Of a stretch of 34,416 nt of DNA, positions 26,451 to 34,416 are shown in pieces. This DNA comes from a virus (taxonomy: Duplodnaviria > Caudoviricetes). A program made the translations under genes and the position numbers. Under the pieces are notes generated by a model. It did not search any database. It was not told the DNA's origin and saw nothing but the letters and a program-made list of their open reading frames with translations. The DNA is taken from the IMG/VR virus record IMGVR_UViG_3300037295_000528, positions 1 through 34,416 of that record. One strand, 5' to 3'. How positions within the stretch are numbered: the stretch's first letter is position 1; every line of letters starts with the position of its first letter.

Positions 26451-27297
26451 TGATTCGATTTTTAATAATTAATTGTTTTTTTACTAATTCAACCGCCACT
26501 ATATTTTCACTTAAAAAGCCAGCAACATCTTCTTTTTTAACTGCAAAATGCTTTCTTGCAATGTAATTATCACGCAATTGTACACGCTTGACATGTTCTA
26601 TTTTGGTCATTAAAACAATGTTTTTTATTTCAAAGTTACTTTTGTTAAAATCTTTAAAACCACAGATCATGCCTTCTGGTATAGGTCCGTTGTGCTTTTC
26701 GTAAATGACACGATGAAGGAATTCATATGCACCATTTATTTTCCCATTTTGATGGCGGACCTTAATCTCATAAAACCCATCTTTTGAAAATCTGACAGCA
26801 CCAATTCTTTTACTGTTTTTTGGAATATGCCCTTTTTTAAATTGTGCTTTTTTAAATTTTACAATATTTTCTGGCGACATGTATTCCGAAATTGACCTCC
26901 CTTTATTGTGAGAAACCATCCCTTTTGTAAAACGACTGTTTATACTTGAATTTAATAATGCTATGTTGGTTTTTTCTTGCATAATTATTAAATAAGCATC
27001 TGATTTTTTCAAGCCTAAAGCATAGGATTTATAATTTACCTGGTATTTACTCAATTGCATAATTTCAGCTACTTCATTTGTTGAATTATTTGGAAATAAT
27101 GCTTTCAATTGCTCTATTTTTTCATCCGACCAAAGTTCGCGCTGAAATTCTTTTTTTAAATTTAAATTATTTGCTTTGGATTTAATTTGAAGTAAGGTTT
27201 TCGTAGGTATAGAGTTACAAATGTCTTTTCCTTTAACAATTGGATAAAACCTAAGCAATTGCTCTATTTCTGTATCGGTCCATGTTAGTACTGGCAT
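26422..27297 (-). CDS. HNH_3-like protein with two N-terminal Myb-like repeats
   Basis: 'WTDTEIEQL' and 'WSDEKIEQL'; 'FKKGHIPKN'; 'LHRVIYEKHNGPIPEG...FKD.N..N...NI'. Confidence 0.8.
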   Translation of the reverse strand: MPVLTWTDTEIEQLLRFYPIVKGKDICNSIPTKTLLQIKSKANNLNLKKEFQRELWSDEKIEQLKALFPNNSTNEVAEIMQLSKYQVNYKSYALGLKKSDAYLIIMQEKTNIALLNSSINSRFTKGMVSHNKGRSISEYMSPENIVKFKKAQFKKGHIPKNSKRIGAVRFSKDGFYEIKVRHQNGKINGAYEFLHRVIYEKHNGPIPEGMICGFKDFNKSNFEIKNIVLMTKIEHVKRVQLRDNYIARKHFAVKKEDVAGFLSENIVAVELVKKQLIIKNRINERIAENKR

Positions 27298-27586
27298 ATC
27301 CGGTTTGTTTTAAAATCGTTAATATTTTTTCCCTAAAATCTATATTTTGTAAATACTTATTTTCAAATGCATTTGCAATTGCTTTCACATACAAAGGACT
27401 AATTTTATAAACATTACCCAGCTGGTACAAATCGAACTTGTAAAAACTAAACAACACATAAATTAATACTTTTTTAGCATCCGTATCTGTCATAGATATC
27501 ATATCCAACACAGCACATTCAAAAACAATTGAAACACTGTTTTCAATCGATGTGGCTTTTTCTGCATCGAATATTTTAGCAATCAT
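27251..27586 (-). CDS. Hypothetical protein (start revised to MIAKIF)
   Basis: ORF track plus fit with the upstream small ORF. Confidence 0.6.
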   Translation of the reverse strand: MIAKIFDAEKATSIENSVSIVFECAVLDMISMTDTDAKKVLIYVLFSFYKFDLYQLGNVYKISPLYVKAIANAFENKYLQNIDFREKILTILKQTGYASTNMDRYRNRAIA

Positions 27587-27713
27587 TTTTTGGCAGTATT
27601 TGACGAAAAAACAAACGCACATATTTAAAAATATAAACCATCACCATTAAGATCAATAAAACCGAAATACTATTAATAATAGCATAATACATTACTGTCA
27701 ATACATCCATCAT
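27576..27713 (-). CDS. 45-aa single-TM protein not in the ORF track
   Basis: MMDVLTVMYYAIINSISVLLILMVMVYIFKYVRLFFRQILPKNDC. Confidence 0.5.
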   Translation of the reverse strand: MMDVLTVMYYAIINSISVLLILMVMVYIFKYVRLFFRQILPKNDC

Positions 27714-27725
27714 AATTTCTAGGTA

Positions 27726-27866
27726 TTAGATTAATTTGCCACAAACGCGGCATTTTTCAATGGTATCAAACCAAGGTTCTGGCATGCATGCTCCAGGATC
27801 ACAAACAGATAAATAAACAACTGCTTCAACTTCATTTTTCAAAGCAGTTGTTTTCATCTGGATCAT
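27726..27866 (-). CDS. 46-aa Cys-rich protein not in the ORF track
   Basis: MIQMKTT...VCDPGAC...EKCRVCGKLI; starts immediately after the upstream stop. Confidence 0.55.
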   Translation of the reverse strand: MIQMKTTALKNEVEAVVYLSVCDPGACMPEPWFDTIEKCRVCGKLI

Positions 27867-28577
27867 TTAAAATTCAAAGATTTTCAAATCAGCAGACAAC
27901 AATTTAATTGCTTCCAATTCAGCTTCAATAATTTGCTTGCTTTTTTCATCAATCATTTGCTTCAATTCAGGAGAAACAAGCATGCATTCGAATGATGCAT
28001 TAATATTTACTTCAACTTCAATGCGCAAAGCTTCTTGACCGATAAAAATAGGAAGATGAACAACAAAAGTTTCAGGAATATTACTCTCTACCACCTGGTG
28101 AATCAATGCACGCGTATTGGCACGATTATCCGCTTTCAATTCGATTTCTTTATTTACCTTGCCTTCAAAGTTGCGCAAATCACTAACGAGCTTCATTGCA
28201 TAATCCCGATTTTCAAAGTAATGGCGGTTCATTTTAATAAAATCAGACAATTCAATAGTATTGTACTTTTTATCAGAATTGATTTTGAATTTAATCAAAT
28301 CAGGATGAAGCCGCAAAGCGCCCTTTATAATATCCGGATTTCTCCGACGCACATCATAATACAAATTCAAATACAACCCATCAAAGGAAAATTCTACTTT
28401 TGAATTTACAATTTCATCTTCTGAAATTCCTTTTCTGCACAAATATTCTTTAACAGCACCAATCGACGCTCCAGTAACTTCAATTGCCTTTTCGTGGTAA
28501 ACCGGTTCCGCAGCACCGTTAAGAATCACCAATTCTTTAACACCATTTTCAACGGTAATTTTAATATCTTGTTCCAT
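27867..28577 (-). CDS. Early phage protein, possibly DUF2303/YfdQ-like
   Basis: 'LSDFIKMNR...NIPETFVVHLPIFIG...IEVEV'; family call is tentative. Confidence 0.55.
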   Translation of the reverse strand: MEQDIKITVENGVKELVILNGAAEPVYHEKAIEVTGASIGAVKEYLCRKGISEDEIVNSKVEFSFDGLYLNLYYDVRRRNPDIIKGALRLHPDLIKFKINSDKKYNTIELSDFIKMNRHYFENRDYAMKLVSDLRNFEGKVNKEIELKADNRANTRALIHQVVESNIPETFVVHLPIFIGQEALRIEVEVNINASFECMLVSPELKQMIDEKSKQIIEAELEAIKLLSADLKIFEF

Positions 28578-28579
28578 AA

Positions 28580-28996
28580 TTAATTGGATTTTCTCATTTC
28601 TGTTATTGAATACTGCATTTCACTTTGCATCAAAGGCCGGGATTGAATCAAATTACCGTCTTTGTTGTAATAACCAAGCATCTTTTCCGACATGTCGGCT
28701 ATCAAATACACTTCTTCGGTTACTTCTTCACCACCAGATCTAATGCATTGCATCAAATATGACATATCCTTCTTAATTGGTTTTGAAACCAATTTAAACA
28801 ATTCCCGTTGCACCTTCAATTCACCTTCAGCAATATTCAAATCAATTGCTTTTTGTGCAAATTCGGTTTGCATTTTTGCCACTTCCGCGTTATCTAGTGG
28901 CCTGCTGTAGGTTTTCTTTTCAATGCTTTGAGAGTTATCCCGAAGCATTTGTTCACGGTCCTTGAGACTGAAAGTCTCGAATAATTTCGAATCCAT
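28580..28996 (-). CDS. Early phage protein, coiled-coil, probable partner of 27867..28577
   Basis: 'LRDN......YSRPL...GYYNKDGNLIQSRPL..E.Q'. Confidence 0.7.
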   Translation of the reverse strand: MDSKLFETFSLKDREQMLRDNSQSIEKKTYSRPLDNAEVAKMQTEFAQKAIDLNIAEGELKVQRELFKLVSKPIKKDMSYLMQCIRSGGEEVTEEVYLIADMSEKMLGYYNKDGNLIQSRPLMQSEMQYSITEMRKSN

Positions 28997-29015
28997 ATGT
29001 AATTGTGTTTAAATT

Positions 29016-29231
29016 TTACTTATTTAAGATTTTACCGCATTCCATACAAGTGATTGGTGATCCGACTAAATCGGTCATTTGTCGCTGATTGTGACGGCAG
29101 TTTTTAACAAATAAATTGATGTAAAGTATTTTTAAGAACATCAATAAAAAAACAACCAGAAGAAAAACCAACCCAATTAAAATGGCCATCGCAGCAAAAT
29201 ACAATGTGTCCAACAAAGTTTCTTTTAACAT
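29016..29231 (-). CDS. Small TM protein with C-terminal zinc-ribbon-like motif
   Basis: Hydrophobic N-terminus; CRH...CMECGK. Confidence 0.6.
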   Translation of the reverse strand: MLKETLLDTLYFAAMAILIGLVFLLVVFLLMFLKILYINLFVKNCRHNQRQMTDLVGSPITCMECGKILNK

Positions 29232-29249
29232 ATATTTGTGTATTTAAGA

Positions 29250-29558
29250 TTAAACATAGCCTAAGCGTAGTATTTCGCTGGTCAAAACCCTGATGGTTCC
29301 ATTGGCATCACCGCCATAAATAACCGCCTCTTTCTTTATTTTTCCGCTAGAAATCCAAGACATGACGCCTTTTTTAGATTTTAATGGAAGAAACTCATTA
29401 TCTGCAATTTCTTTGACTGTAAGTGCCTTTCTTTTAAGTAGCTTTTGACGTTTCATAGCTTTACCCATTTCAAACTCGACCGCCGAAACAATAACCAAAC
29501 CGCGCTCTTTTAAAGCTTCTAAAAAATCATTCGCGTTTATGTAGGTAGCTTCTGCCAT
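29250..29558 (-). CDS. DNA-binding protein, possible excisionase
   Basis: 'LTVKEIA...SKKGVMSWISSGKI' resembles Xis/MerR-type winged helix. Confidence 0.55.
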   Translation of the reverse strand: MAEATYINANDFLEALKERGLVIVSAVEFEMGKAMKRQKLLKRKALTVKEIADNEFLPLKSKKGVMSWISSGKIKKEAVIYGGDANGTIRVLTSEILRLGYV

Positions 29559-29560
29559 TA

Positions 29561-29818
29561 TTATTCCGATTTAAGTTTCTCAAAAACATCATTCAATATT
29601 TGACAAAACTCATCGTCTACAATTCTAAAATGCCAGAAATCATAAAGTCTTTTTTCTGATAATTCAGGATTATAATTCAATACAATTGCCGACAATGCAT
29701 CAAAAGATTTAAAGCCTTTATCAAAAAAAACACGAAGGATTTTAGATTGCCTTTCGGCTATTTCAATACGACTTGACGTTTTGAAATCTCGCTGTTTTAA
29801 TCTTTCAGTAATATCCAT
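29561..29818 (-). CDS. First gene of the lytic transcript, possible Cro analogue
   Basis: Divergent from the repressor; small helical protein. Confidence 0.5.
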   Translation of the reverse strand: MDITERLKQRDFKTSSRIEIAERQSKILRVFFDKGFKSFDALSAIVLNYNPELSEKRLYDFWHFRIVDDEFCQILNDVFEKLKSE

Positions 29819-29955
29819 GGCACTGTTATTGTTTGAGTTGTGTTATTATTCTGTGTATTATTATGATACAAATGTAATACTAATATCACAATAATTACGG
29901 TATAATATTATATTATTTAAAAATTTAACAAATACAAACCATTAAATAGCTGATT
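29819..29955. promoter_or_regulatory. Divergent genetic-switch region
   Basis: AT-rich gap between divergent genes; minus-strand -7 box TACATTTG at 29869..29876. Confidence 0.6.
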
Positions 29956-30342
29956 ATGTACAACTTAACAAAAAAAGAAAAAGCCAATTTAGTATTGGAA
30001 AAGGTAAAAGAATTTGAAATTTCAGCCTATGAAATTGCCAAATCAACTAAATTAACAGAAGCTGGAGTCAAAAGAATTATAAATGGAACCTCTAAAAATC
30101 CACACGAAAATACATTAAATGCTATTTTAGAATTTTTAGAAAAGTATTTGACAGGTCGTAATATTGGCAAAGAAATACAAATAGTTTCGGAGCCAAAAGC
30201 AATTTATGACACTAAAGAAATTCAAAATAATTTAATTGAATGTCTGCAGGAAACAAAAATTGCTATGAATGAAATTCGAAAATTGCAAAACCTATTAAGA
30301 AAGAATAATATTGAGTTTGAAGATTACTTTGAAAATTTGTAG
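29956..30342 (+). CDS. CI-like repressor (HTH, no S24 peptidase domain visible)
   Basis: 'ISAYEIAKSTKLTEAGVKRIINGTSKNP'; C-terminal coiled coil. Confidence 0.8.
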   Translation: MYNLTKKEKANLVLEKVKEFEISAYEIAKSTKLTEAGVKRIINGTSKNPHENTLNAILEFLEKYLTGRNIGKEIQIVSEPKAIYDTKEIQNNLIECLQETKIAMNEIRKLQNLLRKNNIEFEDYFENL

Positions 30343-30369
30343 TATATTTATTGAATAAAATAAACAGTA

Positions 30370-30909
30370 ATGCAAAAAATACTACTATTTCTGCTAATAT
30401 CTACATTTTGTTATTCACAACAAGAATATAATGAAACTTATGACGACAAAAAAAACCTAATAAAATTTGAAAACTTTACAATAGAAGAAAAAATTATTGT
30501 TTGGAAAATGATTTTTGAAGGGGATAGCGTTAAAGTTATGAAAAACTTGAAAAGCAATCTAAAGTTGAATTTTACTCAAACAGCTATTGGTTCTGTAAAA
30601 GACTTATCACTTAATTGCGGATCTATATCAATACAATTAGCACCAAATTTCACACTTGATTTCAAAATAGAATTTAAGGAAAATAAATACAGAGTAATTG
30701 CCACAAATTTTGTTTTTGAAAATGCAATGAATGTAAATGCCGGATTATTTATTACCAGTCGGCAATATAACAATATTGAATACTTTTGTTTAAAAGATAG
30801 AACTGGTACGTTCAGAAAACAATCACAAATGAAACATGATCTAAAATGCATGGATGAACTTTTGAAAAACTTATTTACCAGCAAAGAAACAACAGAAGAA
30901 AAGTGGTAA
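30370..30909 (+). CDS. Secreted/periplasmic protein in the repressor operon (possibly DUF4468-like)
   Basis: Signal peptide MQKILLFLLISTFCYSQ; 'FKIEFKENKYRV' motif. Confidence 0.7.
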   Translation: MQKILLFLLISTFCYSQQEYNETYDDKKNLIKFENFTIEEKIIVWKMIFEGDSVKVMKNLKSNLKLNFTQTAIGSVKDLSLNCGSISIQLAPNFTLDFKIEFKENKYRVIATNFVFENAMNVNAGLFITSRQYNNIEYFCLKDRTGTFRKQSQMKHDLKCMDELLKNLFTSKETTEEKW

Positions 30910-32139
30910 TTATTCCTTGCATTCAAAGCTACTAATAATCTGAAATAGTGCCAAATCCCGATCTTTTTCGGGAAATTTATCTTTATAATAGTTATCAACA
31001 TCATCGCGTTCGTGGCCCACCAGTTCACGGATCAAGTCTGGTTCTATTCTGTACTGTTTTGCAAGGTTCATAAAAGTATGCCGCGCCACTTTTACACTTA
31101 AATTATCGCCATCTGGAAGCACTTCAATATCATGCAACTTTTGTATGGATATCAATCCACGCTGAAAGGTCCTTCTAAAAACTTCATAATTGCTTTTTTC
31201 CTTTCCAAAAGAGAAAATATAATTGTCATTTGATGTAAATTTTTGCAAGATTAGTAACGCTTTAGGGTGCAATTTTATATCAATCCGCTGGTTTGTATCT
31301 GTTTTTGTCCGCTCAAAAATCAGTCGGCCGCGGCGTATTTGTTTCTTCTGTAAAAAATAAAGGTCAATTAAATCACAACCCCCGCAATAAAACTGAAGTA
31401 AAAATAAATCCAAGTACTTTTGCTTCGCACCTGGTACCTCAATTTGCTCCAGTTTAAAAATTGTTTCTTTGTCCAAATATCTTTTTCGGTTACTAAAAGC
31501 CCGCACTTTCAATCCAGCAAACAATCCGGCAAAAGGTTTTGGATCCGGAAGTCTGTACATCAAAATACCTTTATTATAAATAGAACGAAGTGCTCTCAAA
31601 TATAGATTAATTGTACTTTTTGAATTTCCTAAACCCAATTGGTAGTTTTTAAAATTGGTCAAAATTTCAAAGCTTAAATTTTCCAAAGTCGTTTTTTGTC
31701 CAAAAAAATCAAATTGCGCCAAAACGTTTTTGTAAGACTTGACGGTTCCCAATATGTTGTCGGCTTTTTTCTTGTTTCCGTTTTTTGTCATCATCTGCGA
31801 CATTTTGACCATATCAGTCATCAGTTTTTCGCCGAATTCAATAAATGATATTTCAGTTAACGTAGTTCTAAAAATTTCAGCATGTGCCACATTTACATCC
31901 TTAATTTTTTTCAAAACCACTTTTTTAGCTCGAATTTTTAGGTCGGCAATGATTGGCATCAAAATATCATAGTCCGGATGCCTTTGTGATATAATTTGTT
32001 CTGAATCGATAAAATGGTGCTTAAATGAAAAACCAACGGTGACGTAACGTTTATTTTCATTTTGCACGATTTGTAAAATAATTGGAAAGCCATCGACAGT
32101 TTGATTTCGCTTTGTATCTAAAAAAAGTTTTACGGTCAT
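30910..32139 (-). CDS. int: Tyrosine integrase
   Basis: Arm-binding N-terminus, SAM-like domain, 'ARHTF', 'LVGH...YY'; adjacent to attP. Confidence 0.92.
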   Translation of the reverse strand: MTVKLFLDTKRNQTVDGFPIILQIVQNENKRYVTVGFSFKHHFIDSEQIISQRHPDYDILMPIIADLKIRAKKVVLKKIKDVNVAHAEIFRTTLTEISFIEFGEKLMTDMVKMSQMMTKNGNKKKADNILGTVKSYKNVLAQFDFFGQKTTLENLSFEILTNFKNYQLGLGNSKSTINLYLRALRSIYNKGILMYRLPDPKPFAGLFAGLKVRAFSNRKRYLDKETIFKLEQIEVPGAKQKYLDLFLLQFYCGGCDLIDLYFLQKKQIRRGRLIFERTKTDTNQRIDIKLHPKALLILQKFTSNDNYIFSFGKEKSNYEVFRRTFQRGLISIQKLHDIEVLPDGDNLSVKVARHTFMNLAKQYRIEPDLIRELVGHERDDVDNYYKDKFPEKDRDLALFQIISSFECKE

Positions 32140-32220
32140 TTTCTTTTTATTTTCTTTTTTAACTTAAAATAGCGCGTTTTTGCGCTGTAAAGGTAATTTA
32201 TAAAAAGTATATAAAACAAG

Positions 32221-32245
32221 AAAACCACTGAATATCAGTGGTTTT
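32221..32245 (-). terminator. Hairpin downstream of the tRNA fragment
   Basis: Perfect 11-bp stem AAAACCACTGA-ata-TCAGTGGTTTT. Confidence 0.7.
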
Positions 32246-32249
32246 AAAT

Positions 32250-32296
32250 GTGAAGATAGAAGGATTCGAACCTTCGACTTCCTGCTTAGAAGGCAG
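32250..32296 (-). other. attP core: 3' half of tRNA-Arg(TCT)
   Basis: CTGC-CTTCTAA-GCAG anticodon arm, GAAGG-TTCGAAT-CCTTC T arm and acceptor 3' strand; the 5' half is absent. Confidence 0.85.
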
Positions 32297-32380
32297 TAAC
32301 CTAAACAGTATAAGTAATTTAAAATCAATACATTAAAATAAAAATAAAAATGTCATTTTCTTTTTATTTTCTTTTTAACA

Positions 32381-32410
32381 AAAAAAAGCCATCATTTCTG
32401 ATGACTTTTT
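32381..32410 (-). terminator. Terminator after the lysis cassette
   Basis: Minus strand AAAAAGTCATCA-GAAA-TGATGGCTTTTTTT. Confidence 0.75.
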
Positions 32411-32443
32411 CCCCTAACTAAAACAAAACAATTATAAAAAAAC

Positions 32444-32974
32444 CTATTTTTTACTGTAATAAAATACAACACCACCTATAGGAACTAAAACAATTAACCA
32501 CCACCAGGACCAACTTATATTTTTTGTGTTTTTTTCGCTCGATGAACCGGTTCTTGCTTTATCTTTCTTTATTTTTAAATTAGATGACAAATTACTATTT
32601 CCTGATTCATCAATAAATTCCTTTTTATCTTCAGTAGTGGATTTCTCTGATTTATCCGTTTTTTTATTATTATCAACTCTGGCGTTTTGCCAAGTAGAAA
32701 TGGTTTTGCCATCTTTTGTTTCTGTGGTTTTGATCATTGGTTTATCCGGATCGATTGGCTCTAACTTTTCCGTTTCATCAATAACGTCCGTTTTTTCTGC
32801 AATAGCGGTTTTAGTATCGGTTTCCGTTTGCTTTTCTGTTTTAGAAACAGCAACGGTGGAAGCTTCGATTGTTGTGGAAGCTTCGGTTTTGATTTCAGTT
32901 TTAGACTTATTTGTTTTTCTGGTTCCGCAGCTGAAAAGCAATAGGGAAATTAAAATAAGTAGTAAGTTTTTCAT
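32444..32974 (-). CDS. Lipoprotein, putative unimolecular spanin (start revised to MKNLLL)
   Basis: Lipobox LFSC, S/T/K/E-rich body, C-terminal TM; follows the endolysin. Confidence 0.75.
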   Translation of the reverse strand: MKNLLLILISLLLFSCGTRKTNKSKTEIKTEASTTIEASTVAVSKTEKQTETDTKTAIAEKTDVIDETEKLEPIDPDKPMIKTTETKDGKTISTWQNARVDNNKKTDKSEKSTTEDKKEFIDESGNSNLSSNLKIKKDKARTGSSSEKNTKNISWSWWWLIVLVPIGGVVFYYSKK

Positions 32975-32978
32975 GATT

Positions 32979-33443
32979 TTATATATTAGATAATTCAAAA
33001 TGCATTCCGTCTTTTCTTTTCCAAGTTCCGCCCCAGGTGAAACCACAATCTGTAAAACATTTCACAAATGCTACCGACAATTTTGGTATCATATTTAGTT
33101 GATTTTCCGCCTGATTTACATCTACTGCAATCGCCCAACTATGCAAACTTAAAGAGAGTAACGCTCGTTTAGTTCGTATAACAAAAACGCCATCCCACGT
33201 TTTCAATTCTGCGGTCAATTTTCGACAAATAAGCGTTCGTAAAGCATTACGCAATGGGTTAAGCATATCTTTATTAAGAAAAATTTTCTTTGGAAAACCG
33301 ATTGTACCAAGTGCTGAAAACCGGACGTGTTTGAATGCTTCTAATATATCCGCTTCGACAATCCATAATTCAAAATGCTTTGATTGAGTTGCAAGTAAAT
33401 TTGGGTCTCCGTATTTTTTTAATGCTAGTGCTGATGTTACCAT
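32979..33443 (-). CDS. Endolysin, M15-family Zn peptidase (start revised to MVTSALA)
   Basis: 'R...SLHSWAIAVD...WGGTW...DGMHFE'. Confidence 0.9.
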   Translation of the reverse strand: MVTSALALKKYGDPNLLATQSKHFELWIVEADILEAFKHVRFSALGTIGFPKKIFLNKDMLNPLRNALRTLICRKLTAELKTWDGVFVIRTKRALLSLSLHSWAIAVDVNQAENQLNMIPKLSVAFVKCFTDCGFTWGGTWKRKDGMHFELSNI

Positions 33444-33444
33444 T

Positions 33445-34005
33445 TTATTCGTTTTTAAATTCATTAATATCTTTGTTTACCAAATCTCTAAAATCACCTG
33501 AAGCTTTATAAAGGCCTAATTTTTCCATCCACTTTTTTGGCGGAAATTTTTCGCCAGAAACTATGTAAATGTTTTCCCAAGCTGAAATAGCTGGGTACAT
33601 AAATACAATTACCCGGGTTATAATTTTAAGAGAAGTTTCTAAAAATGTTGCTTCTTTTGTTAAATGGGAAAGTCCCTCAAAAAGAAACCCACCCGCCACG
33701 GCCAACGTAAGTTTAAGCATCAGTCCAACGACGTTTCCTTTTAGCGTAAATGTTGGGCGGCCTTTGTCTGTTTTTGTAAACCAAACATGCTTAATTGTGC
33801 CAAAAATATAATCTACCAAAATTGCACCCATAACTATAATTATGTAGTCCTGGTTGTCTAAACCCCACTGAAACATTTTATCGTAAGCCCAAATAAATGG
33901 TGTTAGAATAATACTCAATTTAAAAGTGGCCAAAAGTGAATAAGCATAGCTGTTGCCTGTGCATTTTAGCAATTGTTTTAAGAGGTAAATTGTAAATATT
34001 TTCAT
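33445..34005 (-). CDS. Putative holin
   Basis: Several TM segments, 'ILVDYIFG', 'SAWENI'; directly upstream of the endolysin. Confidence 0.65.
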   Translation of the reverse strand: MKIFTIYLLKQLLKCTGNSYAYSLLATFKLSIILTPFIWAYDKMFQWGLDNQDYIIIVMGAILVDYIFGTIKHVWFTKTDKGRPTFTLKGNVVGLMLKLTLAVAGGFLFEGLSHLTKEATFLETSLKIITRVIVFMYPAISAWENIYIVSGEKFPPKKWMEKLGLYKASGDFRDLVNKDINEFKNE

Positions 34006-34081
34006 CTAATAATTTTCGTTTAAATCCGTCCAATACTTCCACGGATTTTTTTTTGTGAATAATTTAATTAACCATTTCATA

Positions 34082-34416
34082 ATTATTGTACTATTTGCCA
34101 ATTGTTAATTTCCGTACCATATCCCAACGATCCATTCGGTAAAAAGTCAGAGCTAAAGTGCAAATAAAACGCCACATCCAATCTTTTAACTTCTCTTTGA
34201 AGTGTAGTAAAGCTCGGATAATGTTCGTCCATGTACAAATTGCTAGCTTGAAATAGCTGTTCGTATTGTTCAGAATTAATGTTTATTTGCTTGTTTCTTA
34301 ACTCTTGAAATTCCGTTTCGTATGTTGAAACAACTACTCCATTTTCATCTAAAACATCATGCTCCAACATTGCCACGTCTCTAATCTGAAAAGTGCATCC
34401 GCTTTCGTTTTTTACC
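34082..34416. repeat. Direct repeat copy B of 1..335
   Basis: 327/335 identical. Confidence 0.95.
34083..34416 (-). CDS. 5'-truncated copy B of the 140-aa tail-tip associated gene
   Basis: Same protein as 2..424 except HL->SF; frame runs off the window edge. Confidence 0.7.
   Translation of the reverse strand, partial: VKNESGCTFQIRDVAMLEHDVLDENGVVVSTYETEFQELRNKQININSEQYEQLFQASNLYMDEHYPSFTTLQREVKRLDVAFYLHFSSDFLPNGSLGYGTEINNWQIVQ

Larger units (their letters stand above)
32135..32376. repeat. 25-bp direct repeats flanking the att core (putative integrase arm sites)
   Basis: GTCATTTTCTTTTTATTTTCTTTTT at 32135..32159 and 32352..32376. Confidence 0.8.

Noticed and set aside
30576-31028. 150-aa minus-strand ORF
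   Set aside because: Overlaps both the integrase and the secreted-protein gene; no recognisable motif
30910-32139. Integrase as an integron IntI
   Set aside because: It has arm-binding and SAM-like architecture and its own tRNA attP; no IntI-specific insertion recognised
32250-32330. Complete tRNA-Arg gene
   Set aside because: No D arm or 5' acceptor strand; only the att-core half is present
34022-34054. Terminator upstream of the holin gene
   Set aside because: An 8-bp stem exists, but the T-run is on the plus strand, so its function is unclear
1-34416. Alternative genetic code or stop-codon recoding
   Set aside because: Core genes are full length and densely packed under the standard bacterial code

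Overview
The window is a near-complete, AT-rich temperate siphovirus genome with an HK97-type head. The likely host is a Bacteroidota (Flavobacterium-like), judged from TAnnTTTG promoters and the protein families. Almost all genes lie on the minus strand, in this order: switch and early genes, replication (initiator with internal iterons, DnaB), HNH/terS/terL, head, tail, tail tip. Lysis genes, an intact attP (3' half of tRNA-Arg-TCT with arm repeats on both sides) and the integrase sit at the right end, so the sequence represents the excised form. The most interesting non-standard signals are: (1) an attC-like hairpin plus a mini gene cassette with complementary GTTAGCTG/CAGCTAAC ends between terS and terL, with no integron integrase present; (2) a ~2.9 kb accessory island splitting the tail chaperone from the tape measure gene, carrying a PLD-like gene, a second small-terminase-like gene and an operator-controlled gene+HTH operon; (3) an identical 24-bp palindromic box at a fixed distance from a -7-like element in front of both portal and tape measure; (4) a 335-bp end repeat that is diverged rather than identical. 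All family calls come from motif recognition by eye; no database searches were run.
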